64,000 nucleotides of DNA. Origin: Thermodesulfobacteriota bacterium. Lineage in GTDB: Bacteria > Desulfobacterota_D > UBA1144 > Nemesobacterales > JAJCZQ01. The translations under genes were made by a program, and so were the position numbers. Below, one piece after another: positions 23,106 through 33,660 of the stretch. The notes beneath the pieces were generated by a model. The model searched no databases, had not been told where the DNA came from, and saw only the letters and a list, made by a program, of their open reading frames with translations. The stretch is from positions 1,376,001 to 1,440,000 of the forward strand of contig CBDBDR010000017.1 in NCBI GenBank assembly GCA_965203965.1, in the 5' to 3' direction. How positions within the stretch are numbered: position 1 is the first letter of the stretch; the number at the start of each line of letters is the position of its first letter.

Positions 23106-23849
23106 ATGAGAGCTAAAAGGATTATAAACAAGAGGAATGTTCCCGGTCACGTGGCAGTAATAATGGATGGTAACGGAAGGTGGGCAGAAGACCGCAATCT
23201 TGAAAGAATTGACGGGCACAAGGAAGGGATGAAGTCGGTCAATTCAATAGTTAAAGCAAGTAAGGAAATCGGTATAAAATATATTACGCTTTTTGCTTTT
23301 TCTGCACAGAACTGGAAACGCTCTGAAAAAGAGGTTGTTGCACTAATGGATATGTTGAAGCATTTCTTGCTTCAAGAACATCCAAAACTGGTTGAACGTG
23401 ACATAAGGCTTAATGCAATTGGCAGGTTGACACAGCTTCCGGAGGAAGTGCGTGGAGTTCTAGATGAGGTAGTGAAAAATACCAGAAAATGCAAGTCAAT
23501 GGTTCTGACTTTGGCTTTAAGCTACGGAGGAAGGGAGGAAATAGTAGATGTTGCCAAATCAATAGCAAAGAAAAAATGCAAGCCCGGCAGCATTGATGAA
23601 AAAATGATAGTCAGGCATCTTTACACGTCTGACCTGCCCGACCCCGATCTCCTGATTAGAACCAGCGGGGAGATGAGAATTTCAAATTTTTTACTGTGGC
23701 AGTCAGCATACGCGGAAATATATATAACAAAGACCCTGTGGCCAAATTTTAGAAAAAAACACTTTGTCAATGCAATTATTAATTACCAGAACAGAGAAAG
23801 AAGATTTGGTTTTACGGGAAGTCAGATCAGGAAGAAGGATCAAGTTTGA
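23106..23849 (+). CDS. uppS: Undecaprenyl diphosphate synthase
   Basis: HVAVIMDGNGRWA, LSYGGREE, RTSGEMRISNFLLWQ. Confidence 0.97.
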   Translation: MRAKRIINKRNVPGHVAVIMDGNGRWAEDRNLERIDGHKEGMKSVNSIVKASKEIGIKYITLFAFSAQNWKRSEKEVVALMDMLKHFLLQEHPKLVERDIRLNAIGRLTQLPEEVRGVLDEVVKNTRKCKSMVLTLALSYGGREEIVDVAKSIAKKKCKPGSIDEKMIVRHLYTSDLPDPDLLIRTSGEMRISNFLLWQSAYAEIYITKTLWPNFRKKHFVNAIINYQNRERRFGFTGSQIRKKDQV

Positions 23850-25000
23850 AAAAAGTATCAATTCTCGGGTCAACAGGCTCAGTTGGAATTCAAACACTTG
23901 AAGTAATAGAACTTTTTCCCGATAAATTCAAGATTTCAGGCTTGTCCGCGGGCAAAAATATTCACCTGCTGAAAAAACAGGTGGAAAAATACAAGCCACC
24001 TATTGTGGCAGTTGAGAACGAGGAATGCGCCAGGGAACTGAAAAAGTTGTTGAATAGCGGAAATACGGAAATTCTTTATGGTCAGGAAGGTTGCATGGAG
24101 ATTGCCTCACTACCAGAAGTTGATACCGTTGTATCATCAATTGTGGGTTCGGCAGGGTTAATTCCAACTTTTGCCGCAATCAAGGCAGGTAAAGACGTCT
24201 GCCTTGCCAACAAGGAGTCGCTTGTTGTTGCTGGCGATCTACTGATTAAAGAAGCTGCTGAATCAAATTCAAATATATTACCTGTTGACAGTGAGCATAG
24301 TGCTATATTTCAGGCTCTTAACGGTTCTAATATTAAAGACGTCAGAAGACTGATTATTACTGCATCAGGAGGTCCTTTGAGGGATGTTCCAAGGGAGAAG
24401 TTTGATGAGATTACATTGGAAGATGCTTTGAATCACCCCACGTGGAAGATGGGTAAAAAGATCACAATAGACTCCGCCACATTGATGAACAAAGGCTTTG
24501 AGTTGATAGAGGCGAGGTGGTTGTTCAACATACCTGTTGATTGTATTTCAGTCTGGATTCACCCGCAGAGTATAGTTCACTCAATGGTTGAATACGTTGA
24601 TGGCTCAATAATATCTCAGTTGAGCCTTCCTGATATGAAGATACCAATATCCTATGCGCTTTCTTATCCACAAAGATTGCCAATAAAAAACGTGGTTTCA
24701 AAACCAATTGATTTTACAAATCTGACGTTTGAGGAAGTGGACTATGACAAATTTTCAGCTTTGCCTCTTGCCATTGATGCCATTAATGAAGGTGGAACTA
24801 TGCCCTGCGTTATGAGTGCGGCAAATGAAGTAGCTGTAGAGGCTTTTCTGAATAAAAGGATTGGTTACATTGGAATTACAGAACTAATTGCGAAAGTTAT
24901 GGAAATTCACGATAAAAAAGATATTTTTACAATTGAAGACGTTATACAGTCTGATAACTGGGCACGATTTCATGCCAGTTGTTTAATAGGAGAGAGATGA
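23846..25000 (+). CDS. dxr: 1-deoxy-D-xylulose 5-phosphate reductoisomerase
   Basis: LGSTGSVG, LANKESLV, PVDSEH, HPTWKMGKKITIDSATLMNKG. Confidence 0.98.
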   Translation: MKKVSILGSTGSVGIQTLEVIELFPDKFKISGLSAGKNIHLLKKQVEKYKPPIVAVENEECARELKKLLNSGNTEILYGQEGCMEIASLPEVDTVVSSIVGSAGLIPTFAAIKAGKDVCLANKESLVVAGDLLIKEAAESNSNILPVDSEHSAIFQALNGSNIKDVRRLIITASGGPLRDVPREKFDEITLEDALNHPTWKMGKKITIDSATLMNKGFELIEARWLFNIPVDCISVWIHPQSIVHSMVEYVDGSIISQLSLPDMKIPISYALSYPQRLPIKNVVSKPIDFTNLTFEEVDYDKFSALPLAIDAINEGGTMPCVMSAANEVAVEAFLNKRIGYIGITELIAKVMEIHDKKDIFTIEDVIQSDNWARFHASCLIGER

Positions 25001-26592
25001 CGATGTTTTTACTAGCATTTTTGTTTGTAATTGGAATTCTGGTTTTCGTTCATGAGCTTGGACATTTTCTGGTTGCTAAATGGCAAGGCGTTAGAGTGGA
25101 AAAGTTCTCGCTTGGTTTTGGTAAAAAACTAATAGGATTTACAAGAGGTGATACTGAATATCTCATTTGTGCCCTTCCACTTGGTGGTTATGTGAAAATG
25201 TATGGAGAGGGGTCAGAGAGTATTATCATAGATAAGGTCAAGGATGGTTCAAATGCTCAAAGGGGGGGATTTTGTTCCGGTGATAGAATAGTAAAAGCAG
25301 GTGAAATAGATTTAAAGTCCATCTCCACCTGGTCACAACTGTTGTTCAAGATAAATGGCATCCCTGATGAAAAGTGTTCAATTGAGTTGGAAAGAGACGG
25401 TAATACAGTCTCGATCCAGGCAAATGCGGAAGATCTTGATGGAATAACGGGTTACACGGAAAAAGAATATCCGAGAGGTTTTTCCAACAAAAGCATATTG
25501 TCGAGATTCCTTATAGTCATGGCTGGCCCCATGATGAATTTTGTGCTGCCGTTTTTCTTTTTACCGCTTGCTTTTATGATTGGGATTCAGGTGCCCTCTT
25601 ATCTGGAAAAAGCTCCCGTGATTGGTTACGTCAGCCCGAGTTCATCTGCTGATAGATCAGGCTTTGAAATTGATGACGAAATTATCTCGGTAAATGGTAA
25701 AGCGGTTAAAGACTGGCGAGAGGTGATTATTGCCTTCCATTCAAATCCGGATTCAATTCTTAGCGTTGAAGTTGAGAGAAACAATGAGATTAAAAATCTG
25801 AACCTAAAAGTGTTGGCAGCAGAAGACATTCTTACCTCTGTTGGATTGTCTGAGCCGATACCTGCAAAAGTAGGGTCTGTAAATCCGGGATTTCCTGCGC
25901 AAAAATCAGGTTTACAAAGAGGGGATCTGATAATAAAAATTGACAACAAAAATATAAAGGGCTGGACAAACATGTCCGAGGTAATAGAGAAAAAAGCAGG
26001 TGAGCAGGTACTTATAACCGTTGACAGGCAGGGAGAGACATTGGAATTTAAATTGACACCTGAAGTCAATCCACAGACTAACAGGGGTGTGATAGGTATA
26101 ACGCTGTACAGAGAACAAATAACAAAAAAATACGGGATTTTTGAATCTGTAACAAATGGGGTTTTTAAAGCGGTGAATATGCTCGAGGAAGTTACAGTGG
26201 GTTTCTTTGGATTTTTATTCAAGTTATTTACTGGAGGAATATCACTCAGCACAGCTGGTAATAGTGTCGCAGGTCCCCTGTTTATTGCCAAACTATCAGG
26301 TAGTGTGGCACAAATCGGATTTGGACAGCTTTTGCAGTTCATATCATTTATCAGTATCAATCTTGCGATAATTAACCTGCTTCCCATCCCGGTTCTTGAC
26401 GGGGGGCATATACTTTTTCTTTTGTTGGAAAAAATCAAAGGCAGATCTTTGAGCAATAAGACTCTGGAAATTACCCAGAGGGTTGGTTTTTCCCTTTTGA
26501 TCTTTATAATGCTTCTTGCAACTTACAAAGATTTTATGAGGTTAAAGGGTGATATATTTGCCTGGTTTGATAGGCTTATACAGATTTTTTAG
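24997..26592 (+). CDS. rseP: RIP metalloprotease RseP
   Basis: HELGH, PLGGYVKM, NLLPIPVLDGG, PDZ domains. Confidence 0.95.
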   Translation: MTMFLLAFLFVIGILVFVHELGHFLVAKWQGVRVEKFSLGFGKKLIGFTRGDTEYLICALPLGGYVKMYGEGSESIIIDKVKDGSNAQRGGFCSGDRIVKAGEIDLKSISTWSQLLFKINGIPDEKCSIELERDGNTVSIQANAEDLDGITGYTEKEYPRGFSNKSILSRFLIVMAGPMMNFVLPFFFLPLAFMIGIQVPSYLEKAPVIGYVSPSSSADRSGFEIDDEIISVNGKAVKDWREVIIAFHSNPDSILSVEVERNNEIKNLNLKVLAAEDILTSVGLSEPIPAKVGSVNPGFPAQKSGLQRGDLIIKIDNKNIKGWTNMSEVIEKKAGEQVLITVDRQGETLEFKLTPEVNPQTNRGVIGITLYREQITKKYGIFESVTNGVFKAVNMLEEVTVGFFGFLFKLFTGGISLSTAGNSVAGPLFIAKLSGSVAQIGFGQLLQFISFISINLAIINLLPIPVLDGGHILFLLLEKIKGRSLSNKTLEITQRVGFSLLIFIMLLATYKDFMRLKGDIFAWFDRLIQIF

Positions 26593-26630
26593 TATCTTAA
26601 TCTGAGCAATAAGAGTGGACAATTTGTAAA

Positions 26631-27047
26631 ATGGAAATTAAACAAATTCTGAAGGTCAACCAGTTGTTCTACAAAGCGCTTGGCACCAGAGATATAGACC
26701 TAATGAAAAAGATTTGGGTTAATGATCAAAAAGTTGGATGTGTGCATCCCGGATGGATAATTCTCAGGAGTTGGGATGCAATTATGCAAAGTTGGGAAAG
26801 TATTTTTGACCCAATGGATCAAGTTGATATAACAATCTCTGATATAAAAGTTAGCATTAAAGAGAATCTTGCTTGGTTGATGTGTTTGCAGGAAATGACC
26901 TATGTCAATAGGCATCCAATATCTTTTAATTTGTCTCAGTCAACAAACGTTTTTGAAAAAAATAAAGACGGTTGGAAAATGATTATTCATCACGCATCAC
27001 CTATTCCCTTGGATAATAACCAGTCTCAATATAAAAATTTACAGTGA
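26631..27047 (+). CDS. NTF2/SnoaL-like domain protein
   Basis: FYKAL..RDI..M, CVHPGW, TNVF...GWKMIIHHAS. Confidence 0.88.
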   Translation: MEIKQILKVNQLFYKALGTRDIDLMKKIWVNDQKVGCVHPGWIILRSWDAIMQSWESIFDPMDQVDITISDIKVSIKENLAWLMCLQEMTYVNRHPISFNLSQSTNVFEKNKDGWKMIIHHASPIPLDNNQSQYKNLQ

Positions 27048-27054
27048 GATTTTG

Positions 27055-28374
27055 CTAACTCCCATTTTTTTCTTCAACAGCTTTAGAAATAGTTTTTGTC
27101 AGCCACTTTTTAATTTTATCCTGTGTGTCTTTGCCAAGTGTTTTGCGGACTTTGCTTAAAGGTATTACTGCCTTGGCGGCAGACCTGTGTCCCCCGGCAC
27201 TGCCAATATCCCCGAAAAGATCGCGGATTAATTTCCCTGCACTTCTTACATAACCAACGTTCCTTATAGATATTACAAGATAGGTATCGGACACAATACC
27301 GAATACTACACACCATTCCATTGCTTGAACCTGTATTCCAAAATCAGCCATTTTGGGTATAAGATACTCATGCTTTATCCTGCCTAAATTTGCAAAGAAG
27401 ATATTTTTTTCTATCCAGTGATTTGCTAATGCCCGCCCGAAGCACTTTATTTCTGGTGAAGGCATGTCTTCTCTTTCTATTCTGCGAAGCAATCCGAGGT
27501 TTGCAAGAGGATAAAGAAAGGTAAAAGCCTCAATGTCTTCTGGATTTGCATCTCTGTTCAGGATTACTGTGTCGGATTTGATACCGTATAATAAAGCAGT
27601 GGAAAGACGTTCTGTGATCTCCACCTGTGCAGCTCTGAGATAATTGGTCATAATGGTTGAGGTTGCCCCGTCAACTGGGGTTATATGACTGAACTTGGCA
27701 TTGTAGTTTGAGCAATGTGGATGATGATCTATAACTGAGTCCACATCTTTAATAAGGTCGCCAAAAAAGGGTGGTTGAACATCAATCATAGATATTGAAT
27801 CATATTCCTTTAAGTTCTCGGGCTTTATTTCTAGCATAGTAATGTCAAGCAACTCTGCCATCGTAATGTTTTCAGGTCGTGAGATACTATTGCCCATGTG
27901 CGCAATTTCGGCAGTTTGACGGTTCCTTTTTAACAAGGTGCGGAGTGCAAGAGCACTTGCCATTGAATCTGGATCGGGTTGATCATGGAGGAGAATGAGC
28001 ACTTTTTTCGCCTCACTGTGGACTTTTCTGAGTTCTTCCACCATCAACTCAGTGCGTGCAAGTTTCTCTTCCTTTTTGATTTGTTGGTCAAATATATCTT
28101 CAAAATTAACAACTCTGACGTGGGTGGGAAGTCCGTCTGTTTTTTCATTACTGTTGGAGAGTATGGGTGTGTTGGGATAGTGATTTTGAAGCCCTCTAAG
28201 CAATTTGGCGTTCAATGTGTTTGGGTCAACAATTATTAACGTGAAACTGCCCGTCTGGTTCAATGCTTCATTAAAGGAGTTTACCCATACTACCTCGCCT
28301 CTCTTTGAAAAAAATCCAATCAGGATGGAGTCAAATTCACCGATAAACAGGTATCTTTTGGTGTTACCGTTCAT
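27055..28374 (-). CDS. DHH family phosphoesterase
   Basis: HDQPDPDS, VIDHH, GIKSDT, SAGGH. Confidence 0.9.
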   Translation of the reverse strand: MNGNTKRYLFIGEFDSILIGFFSKRGEVVWVNSFNEALNQTGSFTLIIVDPNTLNAKLLRGLQNHYPNTPILSNSNEKTDGLPTHVRVVNFEDIFDQQIKKEEKLARTELMVEELRKVHSEAKKVLILLHDQPDPDSMASALALRTLLKRNRQTAEIAHMGNSISRPENITMAELLDITMLEIKPENLKEYDSISMIDVQPPFFGDLIKDVDSVIDHHPHCSNYNAKFSHITPVDGATSTIMTNYLRAAQVEITERLSTALLYGIKSDTVILNRDANPEDIEAFTFLYPLANLGLLRRIEREDMPSPEIKCFGRALANHWIEKNIFFANLGRIKHEYLIPKMADFGIQVQAMEWCVVFGIVSDTYLVISIRNVGYVRSAGKLIRDLFGDIGSAGGHRSAAKAVIPLSKVRKTLGKDTQDKIKKWLTKTISKAVEEKNGS

Positions 28375-29192
28375 AATCTGTTAATATCCGGTTTTTCTAT
28401 ACGAGCTTTGCTCAACGAGCTCACGAAATTACTAATGCTTTTTAACATCATAGCTTTATTGTTTTCATGTTCTTCAATGATCTTTACTAATGCACTACCT
28501 ACGATAACTGCATCAGCATACGAAGATATTTCTCTTACCTGTTGTGATGAAGACACTCCAAAACCAATTCCTACCGGGGTATCGGACTTCTTTTTAATCA
28601 ATTTTGTCAATGGTGCCAGAGAGTATTCCATATCGGGACGTGAACCTGTAACACCCGTTATTGAAACAAGATATATGAAACCACCTGCGTTTTCCGACAC
28701 AAGCCGTATCCTTTCCTCCGTGCTTGTTGGTGCAAGAAGAAATACCATACTCAAACCGTTTTTATCCAAGTGCTTTTTAAATTCTTCCGATTCTTCTGGA
28801 GGAAGATCAACTACCAAAATACCATCAACTCCGCATTCCTTTGCATCTCTGGCAAATTTTTCCAATCCGTAGGAAAAAAAAGGGTTGTAATAACCAAAAA
28901 GAATTAAGGGAATATCTGAAGATTTTCTTATGTTTTTTACAATTTCAAGTACGTTGTGGAGATTTGTCCCAGCCATTAGTGATCTTTCAGATGCACGCTG
29001 TATGGTGGGTCCATCTGCCATTGGATCAGAAAATGGAACTCCCAACTCAATTATATCTGCTCCACTTTTTTCCAGATTAAGCACAATGCTTTCAGTTGTC
29101 TCCAAAGAGGGGTCTCCGGTGGTTACGTAACAAACCAGAGCAGCTTTTCCGCTTCTATTGATCGAGTTAAATTTTTGCTCAACTCTATTCAT
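28371..29192 (-). CDS. trpA: Tryptophan synthase alpha chain
   Basis: ELGVPFSDPMADGPTIQ, VSITGVTG. Confidence 0.98.
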   Translation of the reverse strand: MNRVEQKFNSINRSGKAALVCYVTTGDPSLETTESIVLNLEKSGADIIELGVPFSDPMADGPTIQRASERSLMAGTNLHNVLEIVKNIRKSSDIPLILFGYYNPFFSYGLEKFARDAKECGVDGILVVDLPPEESEEFKKHLDKNGLSMVFLLAPTSTEERIRLVSENAGGFIYLVSITGVTGSRPDMEYSLAPLTKLIKKKSDTPVGIGFGVSSSQQVREISSYADAVIVGSALVKIIEEHENNKAMMLKSISNFVSSLSKARIEKPDINRL

Positions 29193-29354
29193 TATTTTGC
29201 CAGTGGTATTGGAAGAGGATTTAGTTTTTACTTTATTTAAAACAGGTTGTCTATTTAGTTTAACAATTGAAGTTCAAGCGCTACTTTTTACAGTAACACT
29301 TAGCATGATCTCACCAGTCTCACACAAAAATTAAATATCTTTTAGGTAGCTTTG

Positions 29355-30560
29355 TCAAGATAGTCTCTCGGATTGAGTTTTAATAAAGGAGTTAATGTCT
29401 TTATCTCCTCTTCCCGACAAACAAACTACTATGACGTCTTCTTTTGACATTGTGGGGGCAATTTTCATCACTTTAGCAACTGCATGCGACGTTTCAAGTG
29501 CGGGAATGATCCCCTCTGTTCTTGACAGGAAGGAAAAGCCCTCAAGAGCTTCACTGTCTTTAACTGACGTGTATTGCACCTTCCCCTGGTCATTAAAGTA
29601 AGAGTGTTCGGGTCCAACACCCGGATAATCCAATCCTGCTGCAATTGAATGTGCTTCCTGAACCTGTCCGTATTTATCTTGCAGGAGATAAGTTTTACTG
29701 CCGTGAAGCACACCAACGGAGCCTGCGGAAATTGTTGCTGAATGCTGACTGGTCTCAATTCCGTGCCCTGCTGCTTCAACACCCAATTTTTTAACTCCAT
29801 TGTCTCCCATGAATTCGTGAAACAGTCCCATTGCATTGGATCCGCCACCGACACATGCAACAAGTAGGTTTGGTAATTTGCCTTCCACTTCCATAATTTG
29901 ATCTCTAGTTTCTTTTCCTATTACCGCCTGAAAATTTCTTACCATCATTGGGTAGGGGTGAGGCCCCGCAACACTGCCGATTATATAAAAGGTTTCCCTG
30001 ACGTTTGTTACCCAGTCTCTCATAGCTTCGTTCATTGCATCTTTTAATGTCTTTGAACCAGAAGTAACGGGACGAACTTCGGCTCCGAGCAGTTTCATAC
30101 GGAAAACGTTGATCTCCTGTCTTTTTATGTCTTCCTCACCCATGTAAACTGTGCATTCCTTATTAAAAAGGGCTGAAACCGTTGCGGTTGCCACACCGTG
30201 CTGTCCGGCGCCCGTTTCGGCAATGATCCTATTTTTATTCATCTTGTTTGCAAGAATTACCTGACCAATCGTGTTATTTATCTTATGTGCACCTGTATGG
30301 CAAATATCTTCACGTTTCAGGTAGATCTTTGCTCCTCCCAGTTGCCTGGTCATTCTTTCTGCAAAATACAGTGGAGTAGGGCGCCCCACGTATTGTTTGA
30401 GATAATGATCTATCTCCTTCTGGAAATAAGCGTTTTTCCTTGCCTCTGCGTAAGCAGTTTCAAGCTCCATAAGAGCGGGAATAAGAGTTTCAGAAACATA
30501 TCTCCCGCCGAATTTGCCAAAATGACCGTATTTGTCCGGTAGGTTTAAGTCAGTCTGCAT
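29355..30560 (-). CDS. trpB: Tryptophan synthase beta chain
   Basis: [29 protein letters not shown]. Confidence 0.99.
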   Translation of the reverse strand: MQTDLNLPDKYGHFGKFGGRYVSETLIPALMELETAYAEARKNAYFQKEIDHYLKQYVGRPTPLYFAERMTRQLGGAKIYLKREDICHTGAHKINNTIGQVILANKMNKNRIIAETGAGQHGVATATVSALFNKECTVYMGEEDIKRQEINVFRMKLLGAEVRPVTSGSKTLKDAMNEAMRDWVTNVRETFYIIGSVAGPHPYPMMVRNFQAVIGKETRDQIMEVEGKLPNLLVACVGGGSNAMGLFHEFMGDNGVKKLGVEAAGHGIETSQHSATISAGSVGVLHGSKTYLLQDKYGQVQEAHSIAAGLDYPGVGPEHSYFNDQGKVQYTSVKDSEALEGFSFLSRTEGIIPALETSHAVAKVMKIAPTMSKEDVIVVCLSGRGDKDINSFIKTQSERLS

Positions 30561-30563
30561 TCT

Positions 30564-31175
30564 TTACCGCCTTACTGCTTCTATGAAATTTTTCATCTTT
30601 ACATGATTTTTTTTGCCTGGGGATCCCTCTACCCCAGATGCAACGTCAACTGCGTAAGGGTTGATTTGCTCTATTGCACTTCCAACGTTCTCAGGATTAA
30701 GTCCGCCTGAAAGGATAACATATTTATTCTTATAAATCTGGTTCCGTATCAGGTTCCAATCAAAGGATTTGCCCGTTCCCCCGTACTCATTTTTACCATA
30801 GCTATCAAGTAGCACGTAAGGCACATCAAATTTATCAATCTCATCAAGGCTTTTTCTATCCTTGATCCTGAATGCTTTTATGTAAGGTCTATTGAGGTTC
30901 TTAAAATAATCGGGTTGCTCATCTCCATTGAATTGAAGCAAATCCAATCCTGCCGTGCTTGCAATTCTATTTACAATGTTGCTGTTTTCATTGACAAAAA
31001 CGCCAACTTTTTTTACAAATGGAGGCATTTCCCGTGATATTTTGCTGGCAATCTCAACAGTGACGCAGCGAGGACTCTCTTTATAGAATATAAACCCCAG
31101 AGCGTCAGCTCCATTATGAACGGCAGCCTCGGCGTCTTTTTTGTTTGTGATTCCGCAAATTTTAATCTTTGTCAT
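30564..31175 (-). CDS. trpF: Phosphoribosylanthranilate isomerase
   Basis: KIKICGIT, GGTGKSFDW, LSGGLNPENV, DVASGVE. Confidence 0.97.
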   Translation of the reverse strand: MTKIKICGITNKKDAEAAVHNGADALGFIFYKESPRCVTVEIASKISREMPPFVKKVGVFVNENSNIVNRIASTAGLDLLQFNGDEQPDYFKNLNRPYIKAFRIKDRKSLDEIDKFDVPYVLLDSYGKNEYGGTGKSFDWNLIRNQIYKNKYVILSGGLNPENVGSAIEQINPYAVDVASGVEGSPGKKNHVKMKNFIEAVRR

Positions 31176-31308
31176 TGCGTATTATTACTCCATTTGTCTT
31201 GCCGTTTATTACAATTATGCAAGTAAATTAGTTCTCATCTTACTTTATTTGTTATGAAGCAGCGTGTATCCTGTCCTTTGTATTTTCCTGCTAATTTTTA
31301 GTATACAG

Positions 31309-32535
31309 ATGAACCTTTTTAACTCTTTAATTATCTCTCTTAAAGTCCTAAAAGCAAACAAAGTAAGGTCGTTTTTGACTACACTCGGGATAATCATAGG
31401 TGTTGCGGCCGTTATATCCCTAATGACTATAACCCAAGGCGCAAAGGAGATGATAGAGAGCCAGCTAACCTCGCTCGGGGGGAAGTCCCTTATTGTGAAT
31501 AGAGGTATAAATACCGGCAAAAAAGTAAAGACGGCAAAGTTTACAAAAAAAACAGATGTAAAACCCTTGACGGAAAAGGATGCACGATCCATAAGGGAGC
31601 TTGGCATGGTGCAATACGTCTCGGAAATTTTGGACACTACTTACAATGTTGTTGCAGACGGCAAAAGTTGGCTTACCAAAATAGTCGGAGTGTCTCCTGA
31701 ATTTGTCTATATTAACGACTGGTTCCCTTTACAAGGAACGTTTTTTAACAAAAAAGATGTAAAGGATGCAGCCCTTGTATGCGTAATTGGCAAAACGGTT
31801 CAAAATATTTTGTTCCCGGGTATTGATCCGGTCGGTCAAAAGATAAGAATTGGTAACTTTACATACCGTATTATTGGAATTATGAAGCCTATTGGACAAA
31901 CTCCAAGCGGCAAGGATCAAGATGATTTAATTCTATTGCCATATACTGCCGTTCAAGAAAGGCTATTGAACAGCAGTGTGCTTGACAACATATCAGTCGC
32001 AGTCCACAATCCCGATCAACTTCAGATAGTGAAGGAGCAGATAACAAAACTTCTACGCGTAAGCCACAATATCAGACCGGGTTACGAAGATGATTTTAAT
32101 ATAAGAACCCAGGAAAACCAGATCAACACCATAAATAACGTGCTTGGTATAATGACCGTACTGCTTGCGAGTATCGCTTCAATTTCATTGGTAGTAGGTG
32201 GAATTGGAATAATGAATATAATGCTTGTCTCCGTCAGTGAAAGAACAAGAGAAATAGGGATAAGAATGGCAGTTGGTGCCAGAGAGTTGGATATTCTTAA
32301 ACAGTTTCTTGTTGAATCAATTTTACTCTCACTGTTGGGTGGTTTGATTGGAACGGCGCTTGGAATTGCTGTTTCAAACGTTGCATCCATAATAACAGGA
32401 TGGCCTGTGCCGTTATCAATTTCCGCGATTCTATTATCGTTCTTTTTTGCCGCACTTGTGGGGGTCGTATTTGGTATCTACCCGGCAAGAAAAGCCTCTC
32501 AGCTAAATCCGATTGAGGCACTGAGGTATGAGTAG
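31309..32535 (+). CDS. MacB-like ABC transporter permease
   Basis: RSFLTTLGIIIGVAAVI, GGIGIMNIMLVSVSERTREIGIR, PIEALRYE. Confidence 0.93.
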   Translation: MNLFNSLIISLKVLKANKVRSFLTTLGIIIGVAAVISLMTITQGAKEMIESQLTSLGGKSLIVNRGINTGKKVKTAKFTKKTDVKPLTEKDARSIRELGMVQYVSEILDTTYNVVADGKSWLTKIVGVSPEFVYINDWFPLQGTFFNKKDVKDAALVCVIGKTVQNILFPGIDPVGQKIRIGNFTYRIIGIMKPIGQTPSGKDQDDLILLPYTAVQERLLNSSVLDNISVAVHNPDQLQIVKEQITKLLRVSHNIRPGYEDDFNIRTQENQINTINNVLGIMTVLLASIASISLVVGGIGIMNIMLVSVSERTREIGIRMAVGARELDILKQFLVESILLSLLGGLIGTALGIAVSNVASIITGWPVPLSISAILLSFFFAALVGVVFGIYPARKASQLNPIEALRYE

Positions 32536-32538
32536 AAA

Positions 32539-33651
32539 GTGAAAATTATGGTGGTGACACCCCACCTTAATCTTGGGAACGGAGGTGGTTCGGAAAGGCA
32601 AATAATAGAACTTACCAATGGACTGGTCGACAAAGGGCACAAGGTTATTGTATTACTGACGGATAGAAAAGGGGATTTAGTCTCCGAACTATCAAGTGAA
32701 ATTGATGTCGTTTTCTATAGACCCGCCACAAATTTGTTTTCAAGACTTGTGTTGATATACAAAACTGCAAAGGTGCAAAAACCCGATATTCTTTACTCCA
32801 GACTGTGGAGAACAAAACCGGCAACAGTGCTTGCGGGGAAAATTCTTGGCATAAAAACCGTTCTTGTTGAAGTCAATAACATTAATGCAAAGTTGAGTCT
32901 ACAACTGTCTGTTATCAGAAAAGTAATGAAACTGGTAAAAGTTATTTGTTACAAAATGGCGGATTTGGTAATCACTCAATCTGAGGAAGGAAAAAAAGGC
33001 TTGTCCGACCTCGGAGTTGAAAACAAATCGCGGACGGTTCATAACGGCATAAACACTTATAGGATAGAGAAGCAGTCCAAAGAAAAAGTGTCGCACAACT
33101 GGTTTAACGATGACGTTCCTGTTGCAGTTGCAGTTGGCAGATTCAATCCGCAAAAGGGTTATGAAAACCTCATTGAGGCGATAAGTGTAGTAAATGAAAC
33201 GAGTCCTTTGAGGCTTTTAATAATAGGTGATGGACCGCTGAAAAACAAAATCGTAGGCAAAGCAGAGGAACTCGGAATAAAAGACAAAGTTGACTTTACG
33301 GGTTCCGTTTCCAACCCTCACAAATACACAGCAAAATGCGATATTTTTGTCTGTTCCTCTGTTTTTGAAGGATTTTCAAATTCACTGCTTGAGGCGATTG
33401 CTCTTGGTCTTCCCACGGTCAGCACCGACCACAAATTCGGAGCAAATGAGATGATAGAAAACGGCAAAAGTGGAATTCTTGTTCCTGTATCAGATCCCAA
33501 AGCAATGGCGGAAGCGATCTTACGGATACTGGAAGACGGAGAACTCCAAAAAACTCTTTCACACAATGCACAGGAAAGAGCACAAAACTTCACAATTCAA
33601 AAAACCGTCTCTGAATATGAAAAATTGTTTAGGGAAGTTGTTAGAGTTTGA
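32539..33651 (+). CDS. Glycosyltransferase family 4
   Basis: GGGSERQ, VGRFNPQKG, EGFSNSLLEA. Confidence 0.92.
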   Translation: MKIMVVTPHLNLGNGGGSERQIIELTNGLVDKGHKVIVLLTDRKGDLVSELSSEIDVVFYRPATNLFSRLVLIYKTAKVQKPDILYSRLWRTKPATVLAGKILGIKTVLVEVNNINAKLSLQLSVIRKVMKLVKVICYKMADLVITQSEEGKKGLSDLGVENKSRTVHNGINTYRIEKQSKEKVSHNWFNDDVPVAVAVGRFNPQKGYENLIEAISVVNETSPLRLLIIGDGPLKNKIVGKAEELGIKDKVDFTGSVSNPHKYTAKCDIFVCSSVFEGFSNSLLEAIALGLPTVSTDHKFGANEMIENGKSGILVPVSDPKAMAEAILRILEDGELQKTLSHNAQERAQNFTIQKTVSEYEKLFREVVRV

Positions 33652-33660
33652 GGGAATTTG

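Noticed and set aside
25626..26456. 276-aa antisense ORF within rseP, and similar antisense ORFs elsewhere
   Set aside because: Shadows of well-supported genes on the opposite strand
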